Assembly: GCF_018350175.1 (NCBI RefSeq)
Contig: NC_058368.1
Location: 6,014,001 to 6,078,000, forward strand
DNA: 64,000 nt
DNA from: Felis catus
Taxonomy: Eukaryota
Direction: 5' to 3'
The notes below the pieces were generated by a model. The model searched no databases. It was given only the letters and a program-made list of their open reading frames with translations, and was not told the origin of the DNA. The translations under genes and the position numbers were made by a program. The first letter of the stretch is position 1. Each line of letters begins with the position of its first letter. This document shows, one piece after another, positions 1-12,987 of this stretch.

Positions 1-1870
1 CTTATATAATATCCTTAATGATTATAGGACCATTCAGGCTCTATATCTCTTCTAGAATAAGTTTTGGTATATTGTATTTTCCTATGGGTTTATGCATTTC
101 ACTTAAATGCTAAAACAAGATCACAAAACTTTCATAAGATCCTCTCTTTAATCTCTGGTGCATTTATAATTATATCAAATTTTCAATTTTTAAACAAATA
201 CACATGTTTGTGCCTTTCCTTTTCTTCCTTGATTAATCTTACCAAACTTTCATTTATTAGTCTCTTTCTAAGAAGCAAGCTTTGCCCATTTTGATCTTCT
301 CCACTGTTTTTCTTTCATTAATTTCTACTCTTTTTTTTTTTTAATTTGAGAGAGGTGGGGAGGGACAGAGGGGGAGAGAGAAAGATACTCTTAAGCAGGC
401 TCTATGTTCACTGCGGAGCCCAATGCAGGGCTCGATCCCATGATCCTGGGATCATGACCTGAGTCAAAATCAAGAGTTGGACACTCAATCAACTGAGCCA
501 CCCAGGCACCCCATTAATTTCTACTCTTATCTCTATTATTTCCTTATGTTTGATTTCTTTGAGTTTATTCTTTTGTACTGTAGCTATTTTCTTAGACTGG
601 ATTCTTAGCTCTTTTTTTTTTTGCATTTATTTCTTTTGTAATGAAAATGTCTATAAATTTAGTTATAACACAGGAGATTTGATGCTTTCTCATAAGTACT
701 AAAATCTAAGTATTTTCCAATTTCCGTTATGATTGCCTCCTTGACCCATGATTTACAGGTACGTTTTATTTCTAACACATAAGGTTCCTAGTTATCTTAT
801 TATTGAATTCTGACTTAATAGCATTGTGGTCAGAGCAGGTGGCCTGTGGGATACCAGCCTCTTAAAATCTGTTGATTCTGTCTTATGACAGAATATATTG
901 ACATATATTCCTAACTGTGCTTGAAGATTATGTATACATCACTTTTTGGTATACTACACCAAAAAGTTCTGTTCTATACATGCCATTATTTCAAGGTTGT
1001 TATTGTGCTTTTCAAGTATTCTACCTCCATATGGACTTTCTTCTCCATTTGATCAGTTCCTGAAAGCAAACATTAAAACATCACAGTATGATGTGGGGTT
1101 TGTAAGTTTCTTGTAGATGTATAAGTTTCCTCTTTTCTCCATGAATTAAAACTTTTATTGTGCAATGGCTCTTTTCTTTTTCTTCAATGAGACTTTACCT
1201 CAACGCTTTTTGCCTCAAAACCTATTTCATCTAATAGTGATACCGTCTCTTCTGGACTTCTTTTACTATTTTCTGTGTTTATTTTTTCATCCTTTGATTT
1301 TAATCTTTGTGAGCACTTGTGTTTTGTGAATTTCTTATAAACATATAGCTGGATAATTTTATAACCTTCTCTTTTTAACTTCTTAAATCCATTTGCTTTA
1401 ATTATAATTGATGATATATTTTTCTTTATTCTACTACCTGACTATGTGCATTCTGTTTCTCCCTCTTTTTGCCTCTTTTTTCTATTCTTTTAGTTACCTT
1501 TGAGGGCTTTTTCCTTCTGCTCAAATAATCTTTCCCCTTGATATGGCTGGAAGTTGTATCCTCTATGTCTAATCTTTTAGATATTAAAGTAAATTTTTAC
1601 ACAAATAATCCAGAATTTAAGGTTTCTAGCCAATTGGTATTTTCATCCTCATTCTGAACAATACAAACACAATTCCGATTATCACACTCTCAATGACTCT
1701 GATGTTTCCTATTATTTACTTCTAGCTTCAGATCCAGGAAACCCAGTGAATCCAAGGGATGGACTTCCAACAATTCTGAAAACCTGTCAGCCATTATCTT
1801 TTGGACCGTTGCCTTTTCTTTTCTGTTTTATCTCCTTCTAATTAATCAGAGGTTTTTTTCTTTATTTTCC
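1..1870 (-). mobile_element. Old degenerate L1 fragments (L1M-type)
   Basis: T-rich sequence with L1 ORF2 antisense phrases (e.g. ttaatagcattgtggtcagag, ttctgtttctatacatgccatt-like). Confidence 0.55.
331..512 (-). mobile_element. Carnivore SINE (SINEC)
   Basis: tRNA-like head, polyT on + strand, TSD cattaatttctactctt. Confidence 0.9.
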
Positions 1871-3449
1871 ATGATGACATTAAATTCTCTTCTTAAAATC
1901 TCTTCACCCCACAGGCCAGGTGAATTCAGAGATCATATCTGCCTGAGTCAGCTTGAGTTCTCACAGGGAACGTCTCCCCTCCCCTCTGTGCCAAAGTCAA
2001 GGCAAGCACATTTCTCTATTGCCCCTACAGCATGGAGGGTTTTACTTTTCATTCTACCCAAACTAAGATTGTAATTCTCAGCTTTATGCAAGAATCCCCT
2101 ACCCAGTTCTCCACATAGGGGTGTCCCCCGGGCTTTATCCCTGTCTCTTGTACTCACTGAGCTCAACAAAATGGAAGCTTATGGTCTCCATGGTTTGGCA
2201 GAAACCCTTGGGGGAAAAGTGTATATTGGCACACGATTACCTTCCAAGATTCTTAGGAAGATTCTTCCAAGATTCTCAGTTCATTCTTGGCTTCAATCTG
2301 GTTTTCTTACTTTTATGCCCAATCAAATAAGCACTGGGGTGTGTGTGTGTGTGTGTGTGTGTGCGTGTGTGTGTATGCGCAGGTGCGTGCATGTGCGTGC
2401 ACATATGTGTGTATCTGAATTGTTTAGCAGGAGCAGAGTGAAAACTTAGAAAATATAATCTATAAAATTGCCAGAAAAAAGTCCAAGAATGATTTTTGTC
2501 CCCCCCCCCCTTACTTCTCTCCTACTCCAAAAAAAATACTGTTTTCTATGTAAGTAGTACTTTTTTGAGAGAAAGGAAGAGGTAAAGAAAGTCACACAAA
2601 CAAATAATGTAGAGGTTATAAAAACAAAACACTTTATGGTACATCACTGGCTCCTATGTCAACCCCATAACCCTAACCCAACCCAAAAGAGAAACACATC
2701 AGCAACAGTTAAGTTCCTCTGTCCAGTGGGTTAATGCAACCATGACAAAAGAACAAAGTGCATCTGGTAGGAAAAAGAGCTAATGTTGGAATTACTGCTT
2801 TTCAAGAAGCTTGGACAATAGCTCTAGAACAAATCTGCTTCTCTTCCCAAGAAATCTCTCTATGCTGCAGAGTGACGTGTGTCTAGATGGCTAGGAACTT
2901 TTTTTTTTACCTTGAGATGATTATGACTTATCTAGGGAACCAGTTTACCCAACATGTCAAGTGCAGCTGTGTTCATGACTATAGCCACTCTTACCCACAG
3001 ATGGCCTAGACTACGTTCTCCTTACAGAGAACAAGAAGGAGGAAACCCAGGAGGGACAACACAGAAGCATGAGGGAGGTGGTCAGATGCCACCTGATGGG
3101 AAGGAAATACCCATTGCAGGGAGTCTCTGTGTAAGTTTCCTCTAAAACAGCCAGTGAATAAAGCAATGTAGTTCTACAAAGAGACCAGAGACTGTGTTTT
3201 TAAATTTGGGTCTCACATGAACCCACTTAATGGTACCAAAAAAATCACTTACTCTCTGTGCGAGTCACTTTGTTTATAGAATGGGAACATCTCAGAATTG
3301 CCATAAGATTAAAACAAGACAGGTGTAAATTTTTCGAATTTTTGCTGAACGTCTGTAGAAATTATAGAAGGGATGGAATTAATCTAACAACTAGGAAAGA
3401 AGAAAATATGCCCAGGGAAATTAAAGAAAAAGATAATAAAAGTATAGAA

Positions 3450-3651
3450 TAGCGGTCAGCAAACTATGGCCCACAGGCCTAATCCAAGCCCTGCCTCTTT
3501 TTATAAATAAAGTTTTATTGGAGCACGGCCGCACCTATTTGTTTACATGTTGCCTGTGGCTATTTCTGATGCCACAACAGAGACTGCCTGGCCCCCAAAG
3601 CTGAGAATATTTACTATGAGTCCTTTCACAGTAAAACTTTGCAGGTGCTAG
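3450..3651 (+). mobile_element. MER58A-like hAT-Charlie DNA transposon
   Basis: ggtcagcaaactatggcccac...aataaagttttattgga...aatatttactat consensus phrases. Confidence 0.75.
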
Positions 3652-3759
3652 TCTATACTATAAAGAGAAGGATGGATGGTGAGTAGGGTAGGCCTTTGTT
3701 TTCCTTAAAATTTCTCATTCAGAATAAAAGTTCCTTAAATGCACACCAACGTGACTAAC

Positions 3760-3833
3760 CTGGAAGAAATCAGAACCATGTCTGCAGGAAGGAATTGTCC
3801 ATTTGAGGCCTTCACAATGTCACCCACCTTGAC
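3760..3833 (-). CDS. ATP8A2-like exon 7 (74 nt), actuator domain start
   Basis: tttcccggtttaaaag|GTC ... AG|gttagt. Encodes VKVGDIVKASNGQFLPADMVLISS. Confidence 0.93.
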
Positions 3834-4002
3834 CTTTTAAACCGGGAAAGAAACAACCGAAGCATAAATTCTAAAAGCACAGATAGAGGCAAAACATGTC
3901 AAATATTCTTAAGAAAAATTCTGATACGAAAATCCTGAAGCCATGCTAAGAAACTTCGGCTACATTAGAACAATTTTATTTTTTCAGGGATTCATTCCTC
4001 TA

Positions 4003-4236
4003 AAGTAGTTGCTCTTAACCAGAGTCTCTTTTGCCCTCCCCCTCCACCAGGGACCTTTGGCGATGTCTGGAGACATTTTTGGTTGTCACGATGTTGGGGT
4101 TTTAGGGGGTCGTGCTATTGGCATCAAGTGCCCGGAGGCCGGGGATACTGCTAAACATTTGGCAATGCACAGGACAGCCCCTACAACAAATAATTTTCTG
4201 GCCCAAAATGTAAGCTCTGCCAAGGCTGAGAAATCC
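4003..4236 (+). mobile_element. MER20-like hAT DNA transposon
   Basis: tgtctggagacatttttggttgtcac...gcacaggacagcccc...gcccaaaatgt consensus phrases. Confidence 0.8.
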
Positions 4237-4757
4237 AAACAGACCTACTGGTACTAGTATTTTTCCCATGATACGCTGTTCATACACCATCACGCTGTAA
4301 CTGCTTGCCTAATGATGTGTTTTTCTCTGCTGGTCTGTGAACTTTATGTGGAACAGGGAATGAATGAGTGAATGAATGAATGAACAAATAAATAAATATT
4401 TGTTGGCTGAATGTATAAATGAATTCCAACTTGTAAGTAAGACAGAGATGTAAATACTAGGAACAATACAGAGGGAAAACAATATGAATTCTTGATGCCT
4501 CTGCTCTGAGAGAAGCACCCCGCCCACCCGCTGGAGCCTCACTCCTCTCCTCTTGTCATTCTCCCCTGACATTCTGCCATCAGGAATGGAGTGGCTCTGT
4601 CAGTGGCTTTGTTCTCTTCGTCTCAATGAGAGGAGCAAAATGCAATCATGACTGTTTTATCTCTCTTAGGGAAAGAAATACTGATACCTAGAAATCAAAA
4701 CATTCTTATAATTAGCCTTCAAAGGAATTTTACACTGGTCAGCAATTAATTCCTATT

Positions 4758-4976
4758 ATTTTTAAGTTTATTTATTTTGGGAGAGAGAGAGAGACAGCAC
4801 GCACAGGTGCAAGCCAGGGAGGGGCAGAGAGAGAGAGAGGGAGAGACAGAATCTCAAGCAGGCACCTCACTGTCAGCACAGAGCCTGACCTGGGGCCGGA
4901 TCTCACGAACCATGAGATCATGACCTGAGCGAAATCAAGAGTCGGATGCTTAACCAACTGAGCCACCCAGGCGCCT
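4758..4976 (-). mobile_element. SINEC
   Basis: Reverse SINEC head (gagccacccaggcgcc), (AG)n, TSD cagcaattaatt. Confidence 0.9.
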
Positions 4977-5356
4977 CAGCAATTAATTATTGATGAGGAC
5001 AGAGTCGGTATCTAGCCTGACTAAAAATAAAAGTATGCCTTGTATTTATATCCCAAGGAAAATATATTCACGGAAACATCCCCTGAGGTAGTCTCCATAC
5101 AAAGGCTGCCTTCTACCCTGAGCAACAGTCTGTGAAGCATCATCTTTAGATATTCCAGGAAATGACACAGAAGTAACCCAGAGGCACATTAGGAAGCACG
5201 TAGACTTGCAACCACTTAGACTTCAATTCAAATCCTAGTTTCACCACTTGTGGGCTGTGTGACCTTGAGCAAAATATACTTAATTCTCTTTGATCCTCTA
5301 CTTCCTTCATCATGTTTCATAGATAAAAATCTGTAACTTTAAATATGGTAAGCGCC

Positions 5357-5589
5357 AGGAATGCTTGTGTGGCTCAGTCAGTTAAGCGTCCGACTTCGGC
5401 TCAGGTCATGATCTCGCGGTCCGTGAGTTCGAGCCCCACGTCGGGCTCTGTGCTGACAGCTCAGAGCCTGGAGCCTGCTTCGGATTCTGTGTCTCCCTCT
5501 CTCTCTGCCCCTCCCTCACTGATGCTCTGTCTCTCTCTCCTTCAAAAATAAATAAAACATAAAAAATAATAATAATAAATAAATATATA
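5357..5589 (+). mobile_element. SINEC_Fc
   Basis: gtggctcagtcagttaagcgtccgacttcggctcaggtcatgatctc, A-rich tail. Confidence 0.9.
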
Positions 5590-5634
5590 TGGTAGGCGCT
5601 TCTTACTAAGTTAAAAGTTCAAATACGTTCTTAC

Positions 5635-5675
5635 CTCTTTCCACATAATCACTTTCCATTCATTCTCTCTGAACA
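5635..5675 (-). CDS. ATP8A2-like exon 6 (41 nt)
   Basis: gtttttcag|TG ... GAG|gtaaga. Encodes VFRENEWKVIMWKE. Confidence 0.92.
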
Positions 5676-6061
5676 CTGAAAAACATATAGCTATATATTA
5701 ACTGTAACGATTGTATTAGGTAAAGTCCAAAATAATAAAAGATACTTTTCCAAAAATCTAAATGTGTTTCATTACAAGGTACTGTCTTTATTAATTTAAC
5801 CTTGACATAAAGTGGAAAAATATGTGAACTGTGTTCACATACACTGCACCAAAATAGAGCAATATGTATAATATAATGTAACATAAGTATAGACAGATGA
5901 CAGGTAGAAGCTACGTTAAGTTACTTCCACTCCTGAAAAAGTTCGCTGCTACATGCTAAAATACTGGCTGATAGCCCAAAAAATAACCTATATTTCTAAT
6001 CAATTATCAAGATAGCACATATCAAAACTAGGACTGGGAGAGACTATGTAACACCCAGATC

Positions 6062-6246
6062 TTTTTTTTTTTCTTCTAATGTTTATTTTTGAGAGGGAGA
6101 GAGAGAGGGAGACACAGAATCTGAAGCAGGCTCCAGGCTCTGAGCTGTCAGCACACAGCCCAACGCGGGGCTCAAACTCCTGAACCATGAGATCATGACC
6201 TGAGTGGAAGTCAGACATTTAACCGACTGAGCCACCCAGGTGCCCC
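6062..6246 (-). mobile_element. SINEC_Fc
   Basis: Reverse SINEC, TSD ccagatctttt. Confidence 0.9.
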
Positions 6247-6500
6247 TCCAGATCTTTTCTATTGACATAAGAATTGCTCATATCCCAAATATTCCAACTT
6301 CCCATCTCTTTTCTTTTCTTTTATCCTAATTAACATAATTGATGATTCTTACATATGGCAACAGTTTCCTTCTGGTTGCTGTTTGTGTCTGTATTCCTTT
6401 AAATAATAGAACGTTATGAAACACAGTATGTGTATCTATTTGGTCAATTTGGGTATTTTCTTACAGTGAGAAGAGATAAAAGCTCAGTCTAATATCTTAC

Positions 6501-6546
6501 CTATTGTGTTCTTTGTGTTGACTAATCTGTCTGCCATGTGTCGTTT
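6501..6546 (-). CDS. ATP8A2-like exon 5 (46 nt)
   Basis: ttctgtaacag|AAA ... G|gtaaga. Encodes KRHMADRLVNTKNTI. Confidence 0.92.
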
Positions 6547-7433
6547 CTGTTACAGAAAAAAATCCATTACATCGGAAGTTCAGAGTGAATAATTCACATT
6601 ATAATACAAGTCACAGTAGGTTTAAGAAAGAACAGAGGCAGCAAACCTGTCAGTCTCTTCTTTGTTTTGCCCTTATCTGACTCTCCTAAATGAGAGGTCA
6701 TCTAAGGGAGGGGCTAAGTGTGGCCTCGGAGACGGCTTGCCTTGGTTAACATCCCAGCTCTGCCTCTTACTAATGCAGGCTTCGCAGGTCACTAACCTGT
6801 CCGTGGCTCCATTTAAGTGAACACATGCAAACACACACGCACGCACACACACGCACATCCACGCACATTTTACAGGGCCTCCTACATAATGAATGCTACT
6901 GAAAATGTTAGCACATTATAGGTTGCTTTCAATGACTATATTTATAGTTAAACACATAAGTAGCAATCGTGGATTTCGCTCCAATTTAGCCCAAGGCTTT
7001 AAATCAAGTTTGAGAAATTCTTTCATATTATAAACCAATCAAAAGACCAGCAACCAAACAGATTTTCCTGATGTCCTATCTTAATAAGATATGAAGGAAT
7101 TCAGCACAAGAATATGAATAACAAATAGTTAGCAATTTTGGAAAATGAGCATGAGGATTGTGAGTGAGGAGGAAGGGGCCTCTGCTGGAGTGGCCCAGCT
7201 GTCTTTATGAGGTAGGGTCAGAGCAAACAGAAAGCAATCTTAAATGTCTCCCTTCTTTTCCTTCACAGGTAAAACCTGCAGGCTCTCGTGAAATTATAGC
7301 TATGACAAGGTTAAAGGAGAAACGAAGTCACTGCACAATTCCTGACCTCTTAGGATCTTCACCTCTGGTAGCATTATATCCCCAAAGATACTAACATAGT
7401 TCTTATGACCACTATTAAGTCCTTCTGGTTTCT

Positions 7434-7435
<2 letters not shown>

Positions 7436-7484
<49 letters not shown>
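7436..7484. repeat. (CA)n microsatellite
   Basis: Perfect CA run. Confidence 0.95.
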
Positions 7485-7486
<2 letters not shown>

Positions 7487-7503
7487 TAAAATTTGAAACC
7501 TTA

Positions 7504-7739
7504 GGGGTGCCTGGGTGGCGCAGTCGGTTAAGCGTCCGACTTCAGCCAGGTCATGATCTCGCGGTCCGTGAGTTCAGCCCCGTGTCGGGCTCTGGGCTGA
7601 TGGCTCAGAGCCTGGAGCCTGTTTCTAATTCTGTGTCTCCCTCTCTTTCTGCCCCTCCCCCGTTCATGCTCTGTCTCTCTCTGTCCCAAAAATAAATAAA
7701 CGTTGAAAAAAAAATTAAAAAAAAAAAAAAGAAAGAAAA
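7504..7739 (+). mobile_element. Young SINEC_Fc (first of tandem pair)
   Basis: ggggtgcctgggtggcgcagtcggttaagcgtccgacttcagccagg. Confidence 0.93.
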
Positions 7740-7964
7740 GGGGCGCCTGGGTGGCTCAGTCGGTTAAGCGTCCGACTTCAGCCAGGTCACGATCTCGCGG
7801 TCCGTGAGTTCGAGCCCCGCGTCAGGCTCTGGGCTGATGGCTCGGAGCCTGGAGCCTGTTTCCGATTCTGTGTCTCCCTCTCTCTCTGCCCCTCCCCCAT
7901 TCATGCTCTGTCTCTCTCTGTCCCAAAAATAAATAAACGTTGAAAAAAAAAATTTCTTTTTAAG
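7740..7964 (+). mobile_element. Young SINEC_Fc (second of tandem pair)
   Basis: Near-consensus copy with CpGs intact. Confidence 0.93.
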
Positions 7965-8121
7965 AATTTGAAACCTTAGAGTTTAATTCACATTTCACAT
8001 CAACTACAGGTTTAAAGAATTATACCAGTTGCAAAACACGCAGCTAGGAAAAAGAGCGAGAAATACACCTCATGTACTCAAGGCAAGAGTTTTGAGAACA
8101 TCTCACTAACAGTAAACTTAC

Positions 8122-8220
8122 ATAATCTTCTACAATCTCTTTGATGCCTGAAACGGTAAGTATAATCATCAAGGGCAAGAGAGTTGTATATTTTCCCGTT
8201 GGAGACACATCTGGAATTTG
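8122..8220 (-). CDS. ATP8A2-like exon 4 (99 nt), TM1-TM2 loop and TM2
   Basis: ttttcgcag|CAA ... TAT|gtaagt. Encodes [33 protein letters not shown]. Confidence 0.95.
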
Positions 8221-9828
8221 CTGCGAAAACAGAGTTACACTATGAATTCTATGATACATTTTTCTTGTATTTTGCTTAACGCTAAAAGCCAGGCTACTCG
8301 TGGCATACCCAGGACATGAAAACAACATGCGCTGTTAAATAAAAAGGGGAAAGAGACTCTTAGCACATCGAAACCATCCCTCGAGCATGGCGTGCAACGC
8401 TACATCATGGGAAAGCCACCAGTGCGCCTACTTAACGCTTCAGTCATATGTCACCTTCCCAAGAGAATACTGTTAGTACGTTTTGAATTCAGAGGCTTGG
8501 ACTGTATTCTGAAGCTGACTGTATTTGAAGCTTTCAAAACTTAATTGTCTAAGATAGCATCCTTTCCAAACAGTTAAAGCCAGAAGGTCAGTTATCGTAA
8601 CCGAATCTTGCTTCTTCTTGAGGCGGAAGGGAAATTTTTTGGAGGCCTGGGAGAATAACATTGCTTGGGTACAAATTACCTGTGGAGAGGGCTCCGGGGC
8701 CATGCCCCACTGTTTAAAGATAGGAGAAATAAAGCGACAAGCAGACTGGCAGTTTTCTGATGGACGCAAGGGTAGATGAGGTTGTAAAGGAGATCCTTTA
8801 ACAGATTTAGAACAGCTCTCAGGCCTGTATTTCTAGACTTGGGTCTAGAGAGTGGATACTCTCTATGCTGCCTTATTTCCTGCTTGTTATTTCTTTGTGC
8901 AGCCAAAGAGTATCTATTCTGAAGCGCTCAATAATTCTCGTGGTTACTTTAAAAGCAGTCAGACACAGGAAGAAAGGGAGAGGTTCTAGGATCGCTGAGG
9001 CTATCAATGAAACCTGCCTTCCAAATAACTTGCCTCTGCCTGACTTCTCCATCTCTCTGCAGTGCACCCCAAGCCCGTCGTGTTGCTCCCAGGCCCCCCT
9101 CTCTCTTTTCCTCAGTTAAAGCCTCGCCGGAGCTGGTCACTTCACTGTAGCTCCTGACTGGCACTGCCTTCTCACTACAGTCCAAGCTTCTGAATGTAGC
9201 TCACGAAGCTTCTCATTACCTGGCCTCGGCCAACATCTTTAGCTTCTTCTCTACACTCCAGACAAAATTTTTACCATTTCCAGAACATTTCACATGCTAG
9301 AGAAAATTTTAACACTTTGAATTTTCACAATGCAAAACATATAAGACCTTCTTGGAGAAAAGCCTACCTCTTTCCCTCCCCCACTGGGTCCCCGGTTCTC
9401 ACAAAAGGCGACCAGTGTTTCCGGTTGCTGTGCCTTTGCTCACACGGTCTTCTGTGCCCCAAAGGTCTTCTCTTCTTCCACTGACCTCGACTTACTGTTG
9501 AGCTCCTCATTCTCTAGTCTTTGGCTCAAATGTCTTCTTTTTCAGTACTTTTCCTGAACCACTCGCCCTCAAGCCCAGAGTAGGCCGTGTTCCCCTAGCA
9601 CTTTGTAAATATTTCTTAAAGCACTTGTATGTTAAGACTACCCCCTCTCCAAAGGGAGAACTACATCTGACAATTCATCCTTGAATTACTAATTTCATGC
9701 CCAGGTTTTGGTACACACTATGTGATCTCTATAAATTTTTGCTAATGCCAATCTTCTGTTTAAGGTCAATTCAACAGATTCATTAAATTCTTATCTCAAA
9801 GCTTGGCCGTTTTGAAGGCACTGTTTCT

Positions 9829-10050
9829 TTTCTTTTTTTCTTTCTTTCCACGTTTTTATTTATTTTTGAGAGACAGAGACAAAGCATGAGTGGGGGAGGG
9901 ACAGAGAGAGAGGAAGACACAGAATCTGAAGCAGGCTCCAGGCTCTGAGCCGTCAGCACAGAGCCAAATGCAGGGCTCAAACTTACCCACTGTGAGATCA
10001 TGATCTGAGCTGAAGTGGGACAGCTAACCTACTAGCCACCCAGGTGCCCC
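9829..10050 (-). mobile_element. SINEC_Fc
   Basis: TSD ttgaaggcactgtttct. Confidence 0.9.
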
Positions 10051-10429
10051 TTGAAGGCACTGTTTCTATTCTCAAGGAATTTGCAGTTTGCCAGGAGAAA
10101 TAAAACCAATTATAATGCATAGCACAGATTACTGCTACAGAAGATAAGGGAGGGAGAAGTCAGCATGGGACACGGCATTTAGTGGAGTTTGGAGGAGGGT
10201 GGTTTTGAGTTGTGCCTTTAAGAGAATGGGTGGGGTACAGCCAGATGAGTGCCTTCTGGGTTAGAGAATAGAATGAACCAAGGCCTAAAGAGAGGAAGGA
10301 AACTGAAGAATTGTGAGGAGACTTGCCTCTCAGATTGTGTTGGGTTGTAGGGTTCATGACAAAAACAAGGTTGAAGAAACAGGAATAAACCAGATTATGG
10401 AAGGCCTTGAATTTAAGTGTTTTGAAAAG

Positions 10430-11775
10430 ATGTCATTCCTAAAAGAAAACACAGAGGGAAAGCTTCCAGACGTTGGTCTTGGCAAAGATTTCTTGGATAG
10501 GACGCCAAAAGCACAGGCAACAAAAGCAAAAAACAGACAAGTGGGACTACATCAAACTAAAATTCTTCTGCACAACAAGGGGAACCATCAAAAAAATGCA
10601 AAGGCAGACTACAAAATAGGAGAAAATATTTGAAAACCCTCCATCTGGTAAGGATATAGAAGGAACTCCAATTCAACAGGAAAAAAAAAAAAATAATAAT
10701 CCAATCACAATGGGCAAAAGACTTGAATAGACATTTCTCCAAAGACAACATACAAATGGCCAAGAGGTACATGAAAAGGTGCTCAATGTCACTAGTCACC
10801 AGGCAAATGAAATTCACAACCACAATGAGGTATCACCTCACACATGTTAGGATGGCTATTAATTAAACACAGAAAATAACAAGTGTTGGTGAGGACGTGA
10901 AAAAATTGGAATCCTTGTATACTTCTGTTGGGAATATAAAATGGTGCTGCTGTTACAGAAAATAATACGGAACTTTTTCAAAGAAATTAAAATAGAACTA
11001 CCATATGCTTCAGCCATCCCACTTCTGGGTATTTATCCAAAAGTTGAAACCAGGATCTTGGAGAGATAGCAGCACTCCCACATTCAGCTCAGAATTATTC
11101 ACAATAGCCAAGATATGGGAACAACATCAATGTCTGTCGATGGATGAGTGGATAAAGAAAATGTGGCATCTATACAATGGGATATTATTCAGATTTTAAA
11201 AAGAAGGAAATTCTGGGACACCTGGGTGGCTCAGTTGGTTAAGCAGCCAACTTTGGCTCAGGTCATGATCTCGCGGTTTGTGAGTTCAAACCCCGCATTG
11301 GGCTCTGTGCTAACAGCTCGGAGCCTGGAGCCTGCTTCGGATTCTGTGTCTCCCTCTTTCTCTGCCCCTCCCCTGCTCACGCTCTGTGTCTGTCTCTCAA
11401 AAATAAATAAATGTTAAAAAAAATTATAAAAAGAAGGAAGTTCTGCCACATGTAACAACATGGATGAATCTTGAAGGCATTATAATGAAGTAAGCTATAG
11501 AAAGACAAATACTGCATGAATCCACTTATGTGAGATATCTAATGTAGTCAGATTCATGGAGTCAGAGTAAAATGGTGGTGTCAAGGTCTAGAGAGAGGGA
11601 GAGATAAGGAGTTGTTATTCAATGAGCATAAAGTCTAAGTTATGCAAGATTAAGAAGTCCTAGAAATCTGCTGTACAACAGATGTCTATGGTTAACACTG
11701 GTATATCATACACTTAAAATTGTTAAGGGGGTAGATCTCACATTAAGTGTTCTTACTGAAATATTAAAAAAAGAA
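10430..11775 (+). mobile_element. 5'-truncated L1 (ORF2 end and 3'UTR) interrupted by a SINE
   Basis: L1 ORF2 C-terminal phrases (FLDRTPKAQATKAK; agacatttctccaaagac) and A-rich end. Confidence 0.85.
11215..11428 (+). mobile_element. SINEC_Fc inside L1
   Basis: SINEC head, TSD aaaaagaaggaa. Confidence 0.9.
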
Positions 11776-12157
11776 GAGAAAAGAAAATTAGGTATTTCAA
11801 ACTAGCATTTGGACTTTCTTTAAACTCTTTCTTTTAATACAATAAAATTATCCTCTCATGGAGGTGGCATACATTATAAAAGTTAGTCCAATAATATCTC
11901 ATTAATGATCTAAATCAGGAAGAACTGTGGGCCAATTCATCTACTGGGCACCAACATCCCCCAAATGAGAATTTTTCATCCCCCAAATGAGGATTTGGAT
12001 GTCTTACTGAGTAACTTAAATATTGTAAGAAGAGAGTTCTCTTCTTGCCGTGTTTCAATTTATTCTGTACGTTCAATTTTTATTTCAGCTAAATGAGCTT
12101 TTTACATTTTTCTTTTTTAAAAAAAGCATAATCCAGTAATGTGTTCAGGAATATTAC

Positions 12158-12257
12158 CTGCAATATAGTAATGAACAGGAAGAAAGCATTAGCAGCTTTG
12201 CTAAACTGCAGACACAGATATCGAGGGAGGAATGACCATATGCTGTACTTGGCTGTG
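12158..12257 (-). CDS. ATP8A2-like exon 3 (100 nt), STAKY motif and TM1
   Basis: cag|C ... CAG|gtaata. Encodes [34 protein letters not shown]. Confidence 0.93.
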
Positions 12258-12731
12258 CTGTAGGCAAAAAGAAAATTACCACTGTCAGTTCACACTCTGA
12301 ACTCTAAAAACACCAAAGGAAAACCCAGAAGTGGATAAAATATTATTATAAAACACTGACTCTTTTCTGAAGATTTTTTTGTCGTTTTTGAACACTCATT
12401 GTTACCTGAAAACAATGTCAGGACAAAGAAAGAATTTTCTCCATCTCAGGAACTAAGAACTACGAACACAATAGACAAGCAGGAGGTATTCCACATTTTC
12501 TAATGGCCTGTAATTCTTATAACAGAACTCCTAATCAGCATCTGTCTCATAGTTCAAGGATAACAAGAGCCAGCAATGTTTCTCCCTTCTCTCCCTCCCA
12601 GGAGCTTTATCATTAAAAGTTATCTTAAATCCATCTACCCCCAAATGCCTAGGCCATGTCACGGACAAAGAAAACCATCACGGGTGTGTTTCTTTTTTTC
12701 TAATTAATCTACTACATTTAAACATCAGAAA

Positions 12732-12859
12732 GGGGCGCCTGGGTAGCTCAGTCAATTAAGCCTCTGACTCTTGATTTCAGCTCAGGTCACGATCTCACAG
12801 TTCCTGAGATCAAGCCCGGCGTAATGCTCTGCACTGACAGTGTGGAGCCTGCTTGAAAT

Positions 12860-12910
<51 letters not shown>

Positions 12911-12987
12911 CTCCTCTGCTTGCATTCTCTCCCCCCCCACCCCCGCTTTCTCTCTCTCTCAAAATAAATAAATAAACTTTTAAAAAT
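12732..12987 (+). mobile_element. SINEC with long (CT)n
   Basis: ggggcgcctgggtagctcagtc head. Confidence 0.9.

Noticed and set aside
1..3759. Next flippase exon (SEP...LDGETNLK)
   Set aside because: Not found by eye in this interval; it probably lies beyond the left edge.
7405..7695. Recurrent ORFs containing AQSLEPASDSVSPSLSAPP, and tRNA gene calls
   Set aside because: Translations and tRNA-derived heads of SINEC elements, not genes or functional tRNAs.
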